From the IMG/VR virus record IMGVR_UViG_3300032007_000028: a stretch of DNA of 64,000 bases; one strand, given 5' to 3'. A program made the translations under genes and the position numbers. Origin of the DNA: a virus (Duplodnaviria > Caudoviricetes). The notes beneath the pieces are model-generated. The model did no database searches, was not told the DNA's origin, and worked only from the letters and a program-made list of their open reading frames with translations. How positions within the stretch are numbered: position 1 is the stretch's first letter; each line of letters starts with the position of its first letter. This document shows, one piece after another, positions 28,372 to 38,071 of this stretch.

Positions 28372-31322
28372 GCGACTTCGATGATTTTTGGCGTATAGTC
28401 GTCAATCCACCCGTCTTGGACATAGTGATGTTGATATTTGCCCAAGGCCTTACCTAACGGGCTTGACTTATATTTGTCGTCGCTTCTCGTCGTCACCACA
28501 CCGAAGTCATAGACATACTTACCTTCGTAACCGTCTTCGTTGATGTCTGAACCGTAAGTATCTGCTACTTTATCGAGAGGTGCATAGATATAGTATATCA
28601 CGTGTCCACCGTAGTCGTCAAGATAACTGTCCAATTCCCATTTACCTCTGAGCACACCGCTTTGCGCGAGCTGTGCATAGTAACCACGCTCCCAGGCCGC
28701 ATCGACCATCTCACGATGAATCAACTCATCTGCATCACACACGAAGAATCTCTTCAGTTTTCTGTCATACAATATACGTAAAGCTTTTTCTGATGAGCGT
28801 AGCATATTCGCCACTTCGTAAGGACTTTCCGTCGTGAATATCTCTTTATCATCATCCACGTACTCTTCTTTCAAAGACTCATGGGCGTCTCTGACATACT
28901 TTATACCGTTTTTCTCACAATACTGTATGGCATATTCGTTGTTTGTGTGCACAGTAAGTCTTACGCAACCAGCGAAAGCACGCATGCCAATCGAAGTTAC
29001 ACTATTTGGAATTGTAATAGATGTTAAGGAGTCGCAACGAGAGAAAGCATCATCACCGATTGAAGTTACACTATTAGGTATCGTAATCGACGTTAAGGAT
29101 TTGCAACCAGCGAAAGCACCTATGCCAATTTCCGTTACACTATCAGAAATCGTTATGGAAGTTAAGGATTCACAGTCATAAAAAGCGGCCCCGCCAATTT
29201 CCGTTACACTTTTTGGAATTGTTATTGACGTTAAGGAGGCACACCCAAAAAAAGCACTTTCGCCAATTCTCGTTATGCCACTAGGTATCATAATTGACTT
29301 TAAGGATGTGCAACCAGCGAAAACGGCTCTGCCAATTTCCGTTACACTGTCTGATACTGTAATTGACTCTAAAGACCTACAGGCAAAGAAAGCATCTTCG
29401 CCAATCGAAGTGACACTATTTGGAATCGTGATTGACTTTAAGGCCCCGCAGTCACGAAAAGCATTTTTGCCAATTCTCGTTATGTCGTCTGGTATTGCTA
29501 CTGACTTTAAGTAGGCACACCCAAAAAAAGCAAGGTCGCCGATTTTCGTGACACTGTTAGGAATCGTTACCGACTTTAATGATGTTGATGCTTTGACAAT
29601 CTCGGTACCATCGTCGCTTAAAGCAAGTCCATTTACGACTTTGGGTCTTTTTATAACCAACTTTGCATTAATTAAGTCAATCGGCAACGAGTTGAGTTCA
29701 GAATAATCTCGATAGTCTTTTTGATTGAACAACTCGAAATTTGTCTCTTTCAAGTATTCATTATCGTTCAAGAATTCATTGACATTAATCGTTCTTGGAT
29801 ATAACGCCAAGGCGTATTCTCCGTAAAACGTAGACGGGTCTAGAAAGTAGAAGAATCTCACCCCCTTTTTCGTATAATTGTTCCAGTGCTTCTTAGCATC
29901 TTTCGCGCTTGGATTATATTCAGGATGCCCTGCATGACCATATCTTCCAGTAGTGCACCAACCCGTGTTTATACCCAAATCCATCGAGGCTACGTAATCC
30001 AAAGGCTCGTATACTAAGTATCCATTCTTTTCGCCCAAAAAGTTATATTTGCCACGAACCTCGCGGGTCTTGCCCGACATCACGCGTTTTTTCTGAGCGT
30101 CTTTTTTGTCATCGTATAACGACAACAGCAAATCGTCCAATTGCTTTTTGTCGTACTTTAAGTATTGACCATAATCGACGGAAAGACCTTTGTTGAGCAG
30201 ACGTTGTTTGGCCTTCTCGAAGTTTTTCGCAGTATCTTCGCCGAACTTGGCGATGAAATCCGTCTTCGCAGATTCGTCCAATGCGCTTTCCCTAATCAAA
30301 GACTCGTCCAAAGGGTGCTCTGTCGACGCAAGAGCGTACTCTATTCTGTCGCGAAGTTCGAAGTACTTGTCTTCCCATTTTGAAAGTTCGTCGTCCAACT
30401 TCTCTCTGTCTATGTCTGGGATATCCGTCTGAACGGGCTTCTTAACCCAACCGTTTTCGATTGAATAGATGCCATTGCTTACGCCTTGGGGCTCGTCCAT
30501 TTCCACGTAAATCTCCGCAGGAATGCCTTTTATCTTTATTTCGTAGTTCTTGTTGAAGATAGAACGATACGCGGAATAAAGCAGAGGATACAACTCGTCT
30601 GGACACTCTAGACCTTCGCTGTCCGCTATTAAGTGAATGTCCAAGTCGCTGTCTTTCGTATAGTTGTAGTTGACGTTTGAGCCGATGAGAACGATGTCCT
30701 TGAGATTGAACTTGATTCCGTCCGCCTTCAACTCATCGACGAACGCATTTGCGATTTCAACAACTTTGTCTTTTACGTCTTGTCTCAATTCGTCGCCGTC
30801 GAATAACTTCTGATTCAGTTCGTCATGCTTCTCGATGTCCTCTTCGATATCGACGGCCAAAGCGTCGTGCAGTTTTGTGAAGTTGCCGACTCTGTTATTC
30901 AATTCCTTCTTTATATACGCCTTGTCCTCTTTCGAGATATCCGCAACGTATTCACCGTAATCGATGAAATCCTGTATCGACAAATCGTATGTGAATTTAC
31001 CTTCCGCTTTGCCGAATCTAAAAATGGTGGGCTTCTTCAATTTATATCTCTTTAGTTGTTCGGCGTCATCGAAGATTACCGTATCAGGCTCGGCTTCATA
31101 ACGCTTTACGTTCGTCGTGCCTACAGCGAAAAGAGGGAAGAACTGAGTTAAGTCCTCCTCGTCTTTCTCTTCTTCGTCGACAAACGTCTCCACAAGAATG
31201 ACCGGTCTGCCGAATTTTGCTTCTTCTGGGTCATTTAGATGCTCGTTTGGGACTTGTATTTTCCACATTTGCCATTCCTTGGGGAACGGCTTCTCTTTCA
31301 ATATGTTCTCTTCGTCAGGCAT
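28368..31322 (-). CDS. Multi-module protein: PemK-like domain, nucleotidyltransferase catalytic part, 'WCT' module, BspA-type LRR, unknown module
   Basis: FGRPVILV; GSNVNYNYTKDSDLDIH (GS...DxD); ASMDLGINTGWCTT; about ten 23-aa SITIPNSVTSIG-x-AF-x-C repeats. Confidence 0.7.
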   Translation of the reverse strand: MPDEENILKEKPFPKEWQMWKIQVPNEHLNDPEEAKFGRPVILVETFVDEEEKDEEDLTQFFPLFAVGTTNVKRYEAEPDTVIFDDAEQLKRYKLKKPTIFRFGKAEGKFTYDLSIQDFIDYGEYVADISKEDKAYIKKELNNRVGNFTKLHDALAVDIEEDIEKHDELNQKLFDGDELRQDVKDKVVEIANAFVDELKADGIKFNLKDIVLIGSNVNYNYTKDSDLDIHLIADSEGLECPDELYPLLYSAYRSIFNKNYEIKIKGIPAEIYVEMDEPQGVSNGIYSIENGWVKKPVQTDIPDIDREKLDDELSKWEDKYFELRDRIEYALASTEHPLDESLIRESALDESAKTDFIAKFGEDTAKNFEKAKQRLLNKGLSVDYGQYLKYDKKQLDDLLLSLYDDKKDAQKKRVMSGKTREVRGKYNFLGEKNGYLVYEPLDYVASMDLGINTGWCTTGRYGHAGHPEYNPSAKDAKKHWNNYTKKGVRFFYFLDPSTFYGEYALALYPRTINVNEFLNDNEYLKETNFELFNQKDYRDYSELNSLPIDLINAKLVIKRPKVVNGLALSDDGTEIVKASTSLKSVTIPNSVTKIGDLAFFGCAYLKSVAIPDDITRIGKNAFRDCGALKSITIPNSVTSIGEDAFFACRSLESITVSDSVTEIGRAVFAGCTSLKSIMIPSGITRIGESAFFGCASLTSITIPKSVTEIGGAAFYDCESLTSITISDSVTEIGIGAFAGCKSLTSITIPNSVTSIGDDAFSRCDSLTSITIPNSVTSIGMRAFAGCVRLTVHTNNEYAIQYCEKNGIKYVRDAHESLKEEYVDDDKEIFTTESPYEVANMLRSSEKALRILYDRKLKRFFVCDADELIHREMVDAAWERGYYAQLAQSGVLRGKWELDSYLDDYGGHVIYYIYAPLDKVADTYGSDINEDGYEGKYVYDFGVVTTRSDDKYKSSPLGKALGKYQHHYVQDGWIDDYTPKIIEVA
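28920..29590 (-). repeat. BspA/LRR_5 leucine-rich repeat array (69-bp period)
   Basis: Tandem L-x-SITIP-x-SVT-x-IG-x-x-AF-x-x-C units. Confidence 0.9.
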
Positions 31323-31536
31323 ATATCCAACTCCCGTCCTTCAAGGAATCTCTTGCGTAATCGCGAGCCTTTATCATTTTCGCGTAACTGAGAAGGAACG
31401 CATCGTCCGAATTGGGTTCACTTTTGGACTCGAACATCTTCTTTGCTTCCGACTCCAACTGAGCGATTCTTTCGTCAAGTTCGCTCTCGCTCAACGCGTC
31501 GATTTGCTTTCTCAATTCCTTTTTGCTCATTTTCAT
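31315..31536 (-). CDS. Internal in-frame small protein (antitoxin-like), probably expressed independently
   Basis: GAAGGTGGAC-ATG start; two sigma70 promoters just upstream inside the large ORF; stop overlaps the PemK-like ORF start. Confidence 0.55.
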   Translation of the reverse strand: MKMSKKELRKQIDALSESELDERIAQLESEAKKMFESKSEPNSDDAFLLSYAKMIKARDYARDSLKDGSWIYA

Positions 31537-34500
31537 GTCCACCTTCTCGCTTATTATAGCACGCATACACGAAGAATGCATCAACGATTTCGCACAGCGA
31601 TGCTTTTCGAGAAGATTATAAGACGCGTTATGCGCTTTGTCAAGAGACAGAGATTCGTACATCTGCTTAAGATTGTCTTTCGTGTCCTCACTCAAATCGA
31701 ACGCATTGAAAACGTCGTTGACGGTTACTGAACCGCGTTCGAGGTCTGTGAATATTCTTTGCGTGATTTCGTTCAATATATCTGGAGAATAGCGAGAGAA
31801 TTCCAGCAACGCGTCTGGGAAGTCTTTGTGATAAGACCAAAGTTCTTCGCCATCGTCTTCGTTCGCTATGAGATAGAACCCAGAATCGAAATTCGACTTA
31901 TCGAGAGCGGCTGCTTTGCCCTTCTCCCAGTTTTTCAGTTCGTCCCAATTCGATATCTGAGGAACATCGCCTGCCCACTCCTCTTCATAGTCATAACCGG
32001 TCAACTTCTTATACTGTTCTGCAGACATCTTACCGTCGGTGACCGCTTCCCATTCGAGATATTCATCGGGTATGGACCAGTCAAGGTCCTTGACGAAGTC
32101 GTCGACGTTGTTATACAGAATAAGCGTGCCTTCTTTATAATTATAAGCACTGTCGTTTAGATAATGTCTGATGAAGTTGAAGTCGACTTTGCCTTCCGCT
32201 ATGAGAATTTGTATCTCGTGCTCAGGATTTAATACTGCGTACCATGCTTCGCGCTCTTTGCCGTCAATCAAGCCCGCGACCTGCTTCACGAAAGGCGCAT
32301 CGGGAATATACGTAATAGCAATATCGGCGTCGTTGAAAATCTCGTAATGTTTCCTGTCTGGATATATGGCTAGTGCGTACTTTCTTCCGTTCTTTCTGTT
32401 GATGAAGAAATAGAAGAGTATACCGCTTTCGTGATAACCGTCCCAATGCTCTCTTCCGTTTTTGCCGTTTTCCCAACGCTTAGAGCCAGAGATGCACCAC
32501 TTCGTTCCTTTACCGTACTTTACGGAAGCCTCATAATTCGTTATTTCGTAAACGAGCCAATCGTCGTTCTCGTAGACAAGTTCTGCGCCTTCGTCCTCTT
32601 TACGGGCGACTTCTGCCTTCTCGTCGTCCTTTTTCTGCAACGATGAGACAAGCGATGCGAATTCGCTGAACGGCTTCTTCATCCATGAGTATATGTCACG
32701 CTGTTCGCCCTTCAATGAGTTCTTGTACTTATTGAACACGTCGACCGCTTCCTTCGCGTAAACACCGGAAGCCCAATCGCTGTATTTCATCGATTTATAT
32801 CCGTCAGATATCCACTTCAAAAATCTTTCGGTATCAGCTTTCGCTTCCGTTAGCGACTCGTTCATATCGATATGAAAATCGTTCTTCAATATATCCTTTA
32901 TCTCATCTTCATCGTTTTTTAAGAACCAGAGATAGTCGAGCCAGTTTACACCTGCTTCTGCCGCGTCTCTTATATTTGCTTCTGTTATGTCGTCATAAAA
33001 ATCGAAGTACTCGTTGAAATCATAACCCATTGCGTCTGGTATTTGAGGGTAACCATCGGGAAGAGTTGGGACATTTGGTATACCAGCCACTTTGCAGTCC
33101 TCTTGATTGAAAATCATTTCAGCGTGATTGCCAATAACGCCTACTGCGTGACGCATGTACTTGGAATCGTCTCTCGGTATGAAGAACAGAAAATACTCTA
33201 TTCCCAAATTGTCTCTATAAGAATCCCAGTCATCTTCATCGGTTATACACCAAGTGGTGTTGCGACCATATTTTCTGCTTGCTTCGTACGACGTTATCTT
33301 ATATACGTACCAAACATCGCTCTCCGCGACTCTCTCTGCACCTGAATTCTCTTTGTCTATGAGTTCTTTTTTCTCTTCGCTCTTTCGTACGTAGTTAGTC
33401 AAAAAGTAGAAGAACTCGGACGGGTCTCTCTTCATCCAGTAGTAATAATCGGTCTCTTTTCCGGAGTTGTCTTTTCTATATGATTGAAACAGCGCAAGAC
33501 AATCATTTGCACTGCGCATATATTCAGAAACATCTATGTCCGAATCTGACCATCCACGCCCGACTTTCTGATATGCATCGTCTAGCCATTTTTTGAAGTT
33601 CTCGTCATCCTGTTTCGATTCCGTTAGCGATTCTCTGAATGTACTCAACGTTTTCTCTACGAATCTATTGTTCACATCATCGTACTGATAGAGTTTAATG
33701 CCCTCCAATTTACTGAGCAGTTCTTTATAGGAAACCTCGTTTCTGTCCATGTAATGCAAAAGCTTATGAAGCAATTCCCTGTCTTTCCAGTCTTTCGATT
33801 TTATGAACCAAATGTTCTTGTATGAGTTGTCTTTCAAACCATTTTCGTATGCATCGCTCAAATGATGTACACTAAGTTCCTTGGTGTCTATGATACCTTC
33901 GAAATTGTTGTCTTTCGCAATCTTTACTATGTTATTTTTTAGTTTTTTATTTTGATATTTCTGCTTGTTGGGCACTCCACTTGAACCTTCGTTTACGTTG
34001 TCGCTGTTCGTCGGCTCTTTATTTGTAATTGCCTTTATCTGATTTGCATCGAATGCAATATACGACATGTCTCCACTTATCATGTCGCTGGCCTCGAAAT
34101 TGTTCTGATAATATATACCGTCATAGCCTCTGTTCTTCAACAATCTTCTTAGAAGTCTTGATTCGTCAGAGTTGTATTTATCCGCAAACGAATCGCACTC
34201 TGCGGCCTCCGCATCAGACGTAATATCGGTTTCTTTGCCTGTGCCTAGAGACCTTCCATTAAAGAAAAGCACTTTGTTTATTTCCTTTAATTCATCTTCT
34301 GTCATGTCGAAATCGAATATGCTTCCATATTTATCGAACGACTGACTCCACCACCAAAATAGAACAGAGTACGGGCCTGTTTCGCCAAAATCGTACATAT
34401 ATGCAGGATTCTTTATATTCAAATAATAAGAATAAACTTTGCCTGCATCAAATGGAAATTCATTTGCAATAGCTTGAGCCTGCGCTTTCGTCCCAAAATG

Positions 34501-37500
34501 AAAGCCTATATCGCCACGCGCGAATTTATCGAAGTTCTTATCGGTGCCGTGATACACAACAAGCAATTTTCCGTTGTTATCGCGAATACTGCTGTCTTTG
34601 AAAAACGCAATTTGCTCCTTACTTAAGACATTACCTTCGTTGTCTGTTTCTTGTAAATCTTCGTTTATATTGTCACTGCTTGTAGGATTTATATTGTCGA
34701 CGCTCTTTATAGCGTTCGGTAAAAACACCTCAATCTCAGTACGACGATTCTCTATGTCTTCATCACTGAGCACTATTATACCATCGTAACCGGACATCTC
34801 TGCCAACTCATCGAATCTCTTGTGTTCTCCCATTATCTTCTCATAATACATCTCAACGAGATACCAGTCTCCAAACGGATGATACATGCTGTCGTAGAGA
34901 GCAGAATCGAATGCTCCGGTTGTATCGACTAGAATAGTAGATATGACGTCGGCATCGAGCGACGAATCGTTGTGATGAAGAATCACTGGGTTCTCTAGAT
35001 TCAAGTACACGACTTTGTATTTGTCGCCATGCGAAAATATGTTTTCGGAACTCGTCGAAAAATACATGCCATCTCCAAACAGACCTATCTTCGCGAGGCC
35101 TCTGTTGAACGTATCGAACTCATACTTAGTCGAATGATAGCAAACGACAAGTTCTCCTTTTTTGTTACGAACTTTGCTGTTCTTGAAGAACTCAATCTGC
35201 TCTTTACTTAAAGGATTGCCTTCATTATCCGTTTCTTGCAAATCTTCTGTTATTTTTTCGGTATCCCAAAGTTTGTGTAAGGTATCCAAAATGAATTTAT
35301 CCTGCTCTTCGTTGAAATGCCATCTAGTGTCTTTGTTCTTTTCGTACCACTCAAAAGGCGTGTTGTTGAATTCCTCACTCATCGCACACCAATCACAGCA
35401 CATCTCTTCTAATGCGGATTCGGGCATCTTTGAGCAATCTAAACAACCATGAGGAGTTGGATTATCTCTAGAGAATCCTTCGATATCTTTAGGGTCTACC
35501 CAATGTTCACAGTGATGTTCGTTATTGATAACATGCTTAAAAGTAGCATCGTCAATCATCGCTTGTTCTTCTTTTGTGATATCCTCTTTATTTTTGGACA
35601 TTAAAGAATAACCAGCATATAACTCGTTGAACTTGTCGCTGTCATGGTTTGGATAACTTCTACCTATCTTCTTGGCATATTTATTTACTCTATCGATATG
35701 GGCATGAGTTCTCTCATCAAATTTCTTCTGATAATCTTCTTTATTGCCCTTTTTTACTACCTTCTCATTTAGATGAAAATAGTTTTTAATCATCCTAACT
35801 AATTTATAACCAGTCCAATTACCAATATTTTCATCCCAGTGATAATCTTGACAAGCCCCCTCTCTTAAACTAAAAACTTTATAAAAATCGGGTTTATTAT
35901 TTTTCCATATTTCAACTTTACAATAATCTTCAATATCTAAGTATTTGTCAATAATTTCTTCTAATTTTTTATATTGAATTTCATTGGGTTCATTAAATAT
36001 TCTAACACAAGTATCTTCTTCGGCGTGAGTGTTAGAAAATTCAGGATACCCCATTTTTTCTAATCCCTCATCTTCCCCATGATATTCATCGAGAATTATT
36101 AGTGAACCGTCTTCTTTTACATACCCAGCCGTACCGAGTTGGAATTCGTTTGTTTCTATATATTCTTGTAAGCGTTTGAAATAATGAACTTGCTTCAATC
36201 TCTTTTCAGCTTCTGCTTTGGTATCGTAAGTACCTAGGTTCTTTCCTTTTTCAGACTGAACCTGCCATTTACTGCCTTTTTTGACTATTTTTTCTGTCAA
36301 CGACTCATCCATTTCGCGCTCGAACTGATAAACGCGAACTGGCTCAGGCAATACTGAATACAAATCAGTTCTGTCGAAATCGTTGCCTAAGTCCGCAATC
36401 TTGAAGTCGCCGTAATCGTATACGTTTATCTCGAGGTTATAATCTATCACGTCATCATCAATTTCGTTCTTCGTATAGAAAAGATATCTGTCGATATAAT
36501 ACGCCGAAGCCGTAAGTTTCATATCGACTGCCTGGTCTTCGAGGTCCATATGAATGTAATTCGAACCATCACCAACCACCCACATGCCAGAATCCTTCAG
36601 GTGAAGCAGCCTCAATATACCATAATAGTTACGTTGAGCGTACGCAACCAAATAGTTCTTGCACTCATATACCGAATCGAAATACACGGCATCATAGTCT
36701 TCCGAGAACAAACAATGCGTGCTTTCGTTTATCTTATTGTAAGAATTATAGAACTTCGTACCGTCGTTCGTGGTATAGCCCCAATTTATCTCTTTATATT
36801 CTTTCTTCAGAGAGTCTATCAAAGCGGTCGCTATGCCTTTGCGACGTTCCGATTCCTTGACTTCAATCATCTGTATATACGCGGTATCCTCTTCGTCGTC
36901 AGCAACGGAGTACTGAAGATAGCCGAGAATGTTCTCTCGTATGATTCTGTCGTGTTCGTCCATCCAGTCATCGCCAACGTAGGCAATCTTCATGTAGTCG
37001 GATTGACCTGAATAACCACCAGTGCACTCTGTCCAGATGTTGTACTCACGACCTGCTTTGTCCTTCTTCGATTCTTTGCTCGATTCTTCAATATTCTTGC
37101 CGTTCGCATCTTCGAAAACCCTACCAAACGCGAACGTTCTTTTTAATTTTTCTATAATCTCGTCTGTCGTGTTCTCGTCGAAACGATACGACACGTAATC
37201 CGATTTGTCGGTCAGAAAACAATAGACGGCAGATTTATATTTCTGCACTTCGTCCAAATACTCTTCGATTACCTCGTATTGAGCGTCCGTCGGCTTCTTA
37301 AGCGCAACCAGCTTCGCACGAGGTTCTACGTACGTTCTTCCTTCGTTGAGCGTTATGATTCCCAAATCAGACTCGACGTAGTCCATGATGCGTCTATCGT
37401 CGTCAAGTTCGTATATTTCGTAATCGACGTCTTCGTCGTCTGGATACTCATCTCTCAAATCCTGCGCCAACGAATCGAATATGAGATGGAAGAACGTGAA

Positions 37501-37665
37501 ATGCGTCGCGTCTCCGTCTAGATTCACGGACGTCAGGTCGTAGACGTCGCCATTCGGCAACACTATCGATGGGCCAACTCCCAATCTTTCTGGACAGTTC
37601 AAAGACTGCGCGTATTCCTCTACGTCATCCAATGTAAACGACAAAAAACTCTTGACATCAACCAT
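31315..37665 (-). CDS. Giant polyvalent protein: GNAT, HD-like (DUF5662-type), two ADP-ribosyltransferase-like, HNH-like, two 'YGxxTxWCI' modules
   Basis: IEVKESERRKGIATAL (GNAT); HDSDK...HHCEHW...EMCCDW; YHST/YHGT...YLN...GYDGI (ART of polyvalent proteins); VHHL...N...HKLLH; likely ATG at 37665 just after the late motif. Confidence 0.75.
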   Translation of the reverse strand: MVDVKSFLSFTLDDVEEYAQSLNCPERLGVGPSIVLPNGDVYDLTSVNLDGDATHFTFFHLIFDSLAQDLRDEYPDDEDVDYEIYELDDDRRIMDYVESDLGIITLNEGRTYVEPRAKLVALKKPTDAQYEVIEEYLDEVQKYKSAVYCFLTDKSDYVSYRFDENTTDEIIEKLKRTFAFGRVFEDANGKNIEESSKESKKDKAGREYNIWTECTGGYSGQSDYMKIAYVGDDWMDEHDRIIRENILGYLQYSVADDEEDTAYIQMIEVKESERRKGIATALIDSLKKEYKEINWGYTTNDGTKFYNSYNKINESTHCLFSEDYDAVYFDSVYECKNYLVAYAQRNYYGILRLLHLKDSGMWVVGDGSNYIHMDLEDQAVDMKLTASAYYIDRYLFYTKNEIDDDVIDYNLEINVYDYGDFKIADLGNDFDRTDLYSVLPEPVRVYQFEREMDESLTEKIVKKGSKWQVQSEKGKNLGTYDTKAEAEKRLKQVHYFKRLQEYIETNEFQLGTAGYVKEDGSLIILDEYHGEDEGLEKMGYPEFSNTHAEEDTCVRIFNEPNEIQYKKLEEIIDKYLDIEDYCKVEIWKNNKPDFYKVFSLREGACQDYHWDENIGNWTGYKLVRMIKNYFHLNEKVVKKGNKEDYQKKFDERTHAHIDRVNKYAKKIGRSYPNHDSDKFNELYAGYSLMSKNKEDITKEEQAMIDDATFKHVINNEHHCEHWVDPKDIEGFSRDNPTPHGCLDCSKMPESALEEMCCDWCAMSEEFNNTPFEWYEKNKDTRWHFNEEQDKFILDTLHKLWDTEKITEDLQETDNEGNPLSKEQIEFFKNSKVRNKKGELVVCYHSTKYEFDTFNRGLAKIGLFGDGMYFSTSSENIFSHGDKYKVVYLNLENPVILHHNDSSLDADVISTILVDTTGAFDSALYDSMYHPFGDWYLVEMYYEKIMGEHKRFDELAEMSGYDGIIVLSDEDIENRRTEIEVFLPNAIKSVDNINPTSSDNINEDLQETDNEGNVLSKEQIAFFKDSSIRDNNGKLLVVYHGTDKNFDKFARGDIGFHFGTKAQAQAIANEFPFDAGKVYSYYLNIKNPAYMYDFGETGPYSVLFWWWSQSFDKYGSIFDFDMTEDELKEINKVLFFNGRSLGTGKETDITSDAEAAECDSFADKYNSDESRLLRRLLKNRGYDGIYYQNNFEASDMISGDMSYIAFDANQIKAITNKEPTNSDNVNEGSSGVPNKQKYQNKKLKNNIVKIAKDNNFEGIIDTKELSVHHLSDAYENGLKDNSYKNIWFIKSKDWKDRELLHKLLHYMDRNEVSYKELLSKLEGIKLYQYDDVNNRFVEKTLSTFRESLTESKQDDENFKKWLDDAYQKVGRGWSDSDIDVSEYMRSANDCLALFQSYRKDNSGKETDYYYWMKRDPSEFFYFLTNYVRKSEEKKELIDKENSGAERVAESDVWYVYKITSYEASRKYGRNTTWCITDEDDWDSYRDNLGIEYFLFFIPRDDSKYMRHAVGVIGNHAEMIFNQEDCKVAGIPNVPTLPDGYPQIPDAMGYDFNEYFDFYDDITEANIRDAAEAGVNWLDYLWFLKNDEDEIKDILKNDFHIDMNESLTEAKADTERFLKWISDGYKSMKYSDWASGVYAKEAVDVFNKYKNSLKGEQRDIYSWMKKPFSEFASLVSSLQKKDDEKAEVARKEDEGAELVYENDDWLVYEITNYEASVKYGKGTKWCISGSKRWENGKNGREHWDGYHESGILFYFFINRKNGRKYALAIYPDRKHYEIFNDADIAITYIPDAPFVKQVAGLIDGKEREAWYAVLNPEHEIQILIAEGKVDFNFIRHYLNDSAYNYKEGTLILYNNVDDFVKDLDWSIPDEYLEWEAVTDGKMSAEQYKKLTGYDYEEEWAGDVPQISNWDELKNWEKGKAAALDKSNFDSGFYLIANEDDGEELWSYHKDFPDALLEFSRYSPDILNEITQRIFTDLERGSVTVNDVFNAFDLSEDTKDNLKQMYESLSLDKAHNASYNLLEKHRCAKSLMHSSCMRAIISEKVDMKMSKKELRKQIDALSESELDERIAQLESEAKKMFESKSEPNSDDAFLLSYAKMIKARDYARDSLKDGSWIYA
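31615..31643 (-). promoter_or_regulatory. Intragenic consensus sigma70 promoter TTGACA-17-TATAAT
   Basis: Perfect consensus inside the 2122-aa ORF; a second extended -10 (TGCTATAAT) lies at 31553-31561. Confidence 0.75.
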
Positions 37666-37696
37666 AATCAATGAATTTAGCAAAGAAGCGCGCTTC

Positions 37697-38071
37697 TCAA
37701 ACGTGCTCTTTCATGAACCACAAAAACCAATAATCGAACGTGCCTTTCAACAAGGCAATATCGTATTCGCGTCTGATTTCGTCTCTGACGCGTTTCCCTT
37801 CAGCGATTAACGACTTAAGCGTCAGCATGCGTCTTGTGTCAGGCCAAGAGCCCCCATAATATTTGACATCGTTCCAGCATCTGCACAAAGAAGCGTACTC
37901 AGACGATACAAGCGACAACGCATCATCAATAGCAGTCTTAAATACGCGATATTCTGCACGTAACGTTTTTACGTCGTCGTCCTCGACTTCGCCCATCTCA
38001 ATGACGAAATCGTTTCGTCGTAGAACGAACGAATCGTATTCATCGATGATGTTTTCGAGCGAGAACTTCAT
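37697..38071 (-). CDS. Hypothetical protein, probably leaderless early gene
   Basis: TTGAAT-17-TATAAT (38078-38106) ends 6 nt before the ATG. Confidence 0.6.
   Translation of the reverse strand: MKFSLENIIDEYDSFVLRRNDFVIEMGEVEDDDVKTLRAEYRVFKTAIDDALSLVSSEYASLCRCWNDVKYYGGSWPDTRRMLTLKSLIAEGKRVRDEIRREYDIALLKGTFDYWFLWFMKEHV

Noticed and set aside
28920-29590. Periodic repeats as a CRISPR array or DGR template/variable repeat
   Set aside because: They are degenerate in-frame 69-bp coding LRR units with no spacers; no reverse transcriptase or adenine-specific repeat pair was seen in the window
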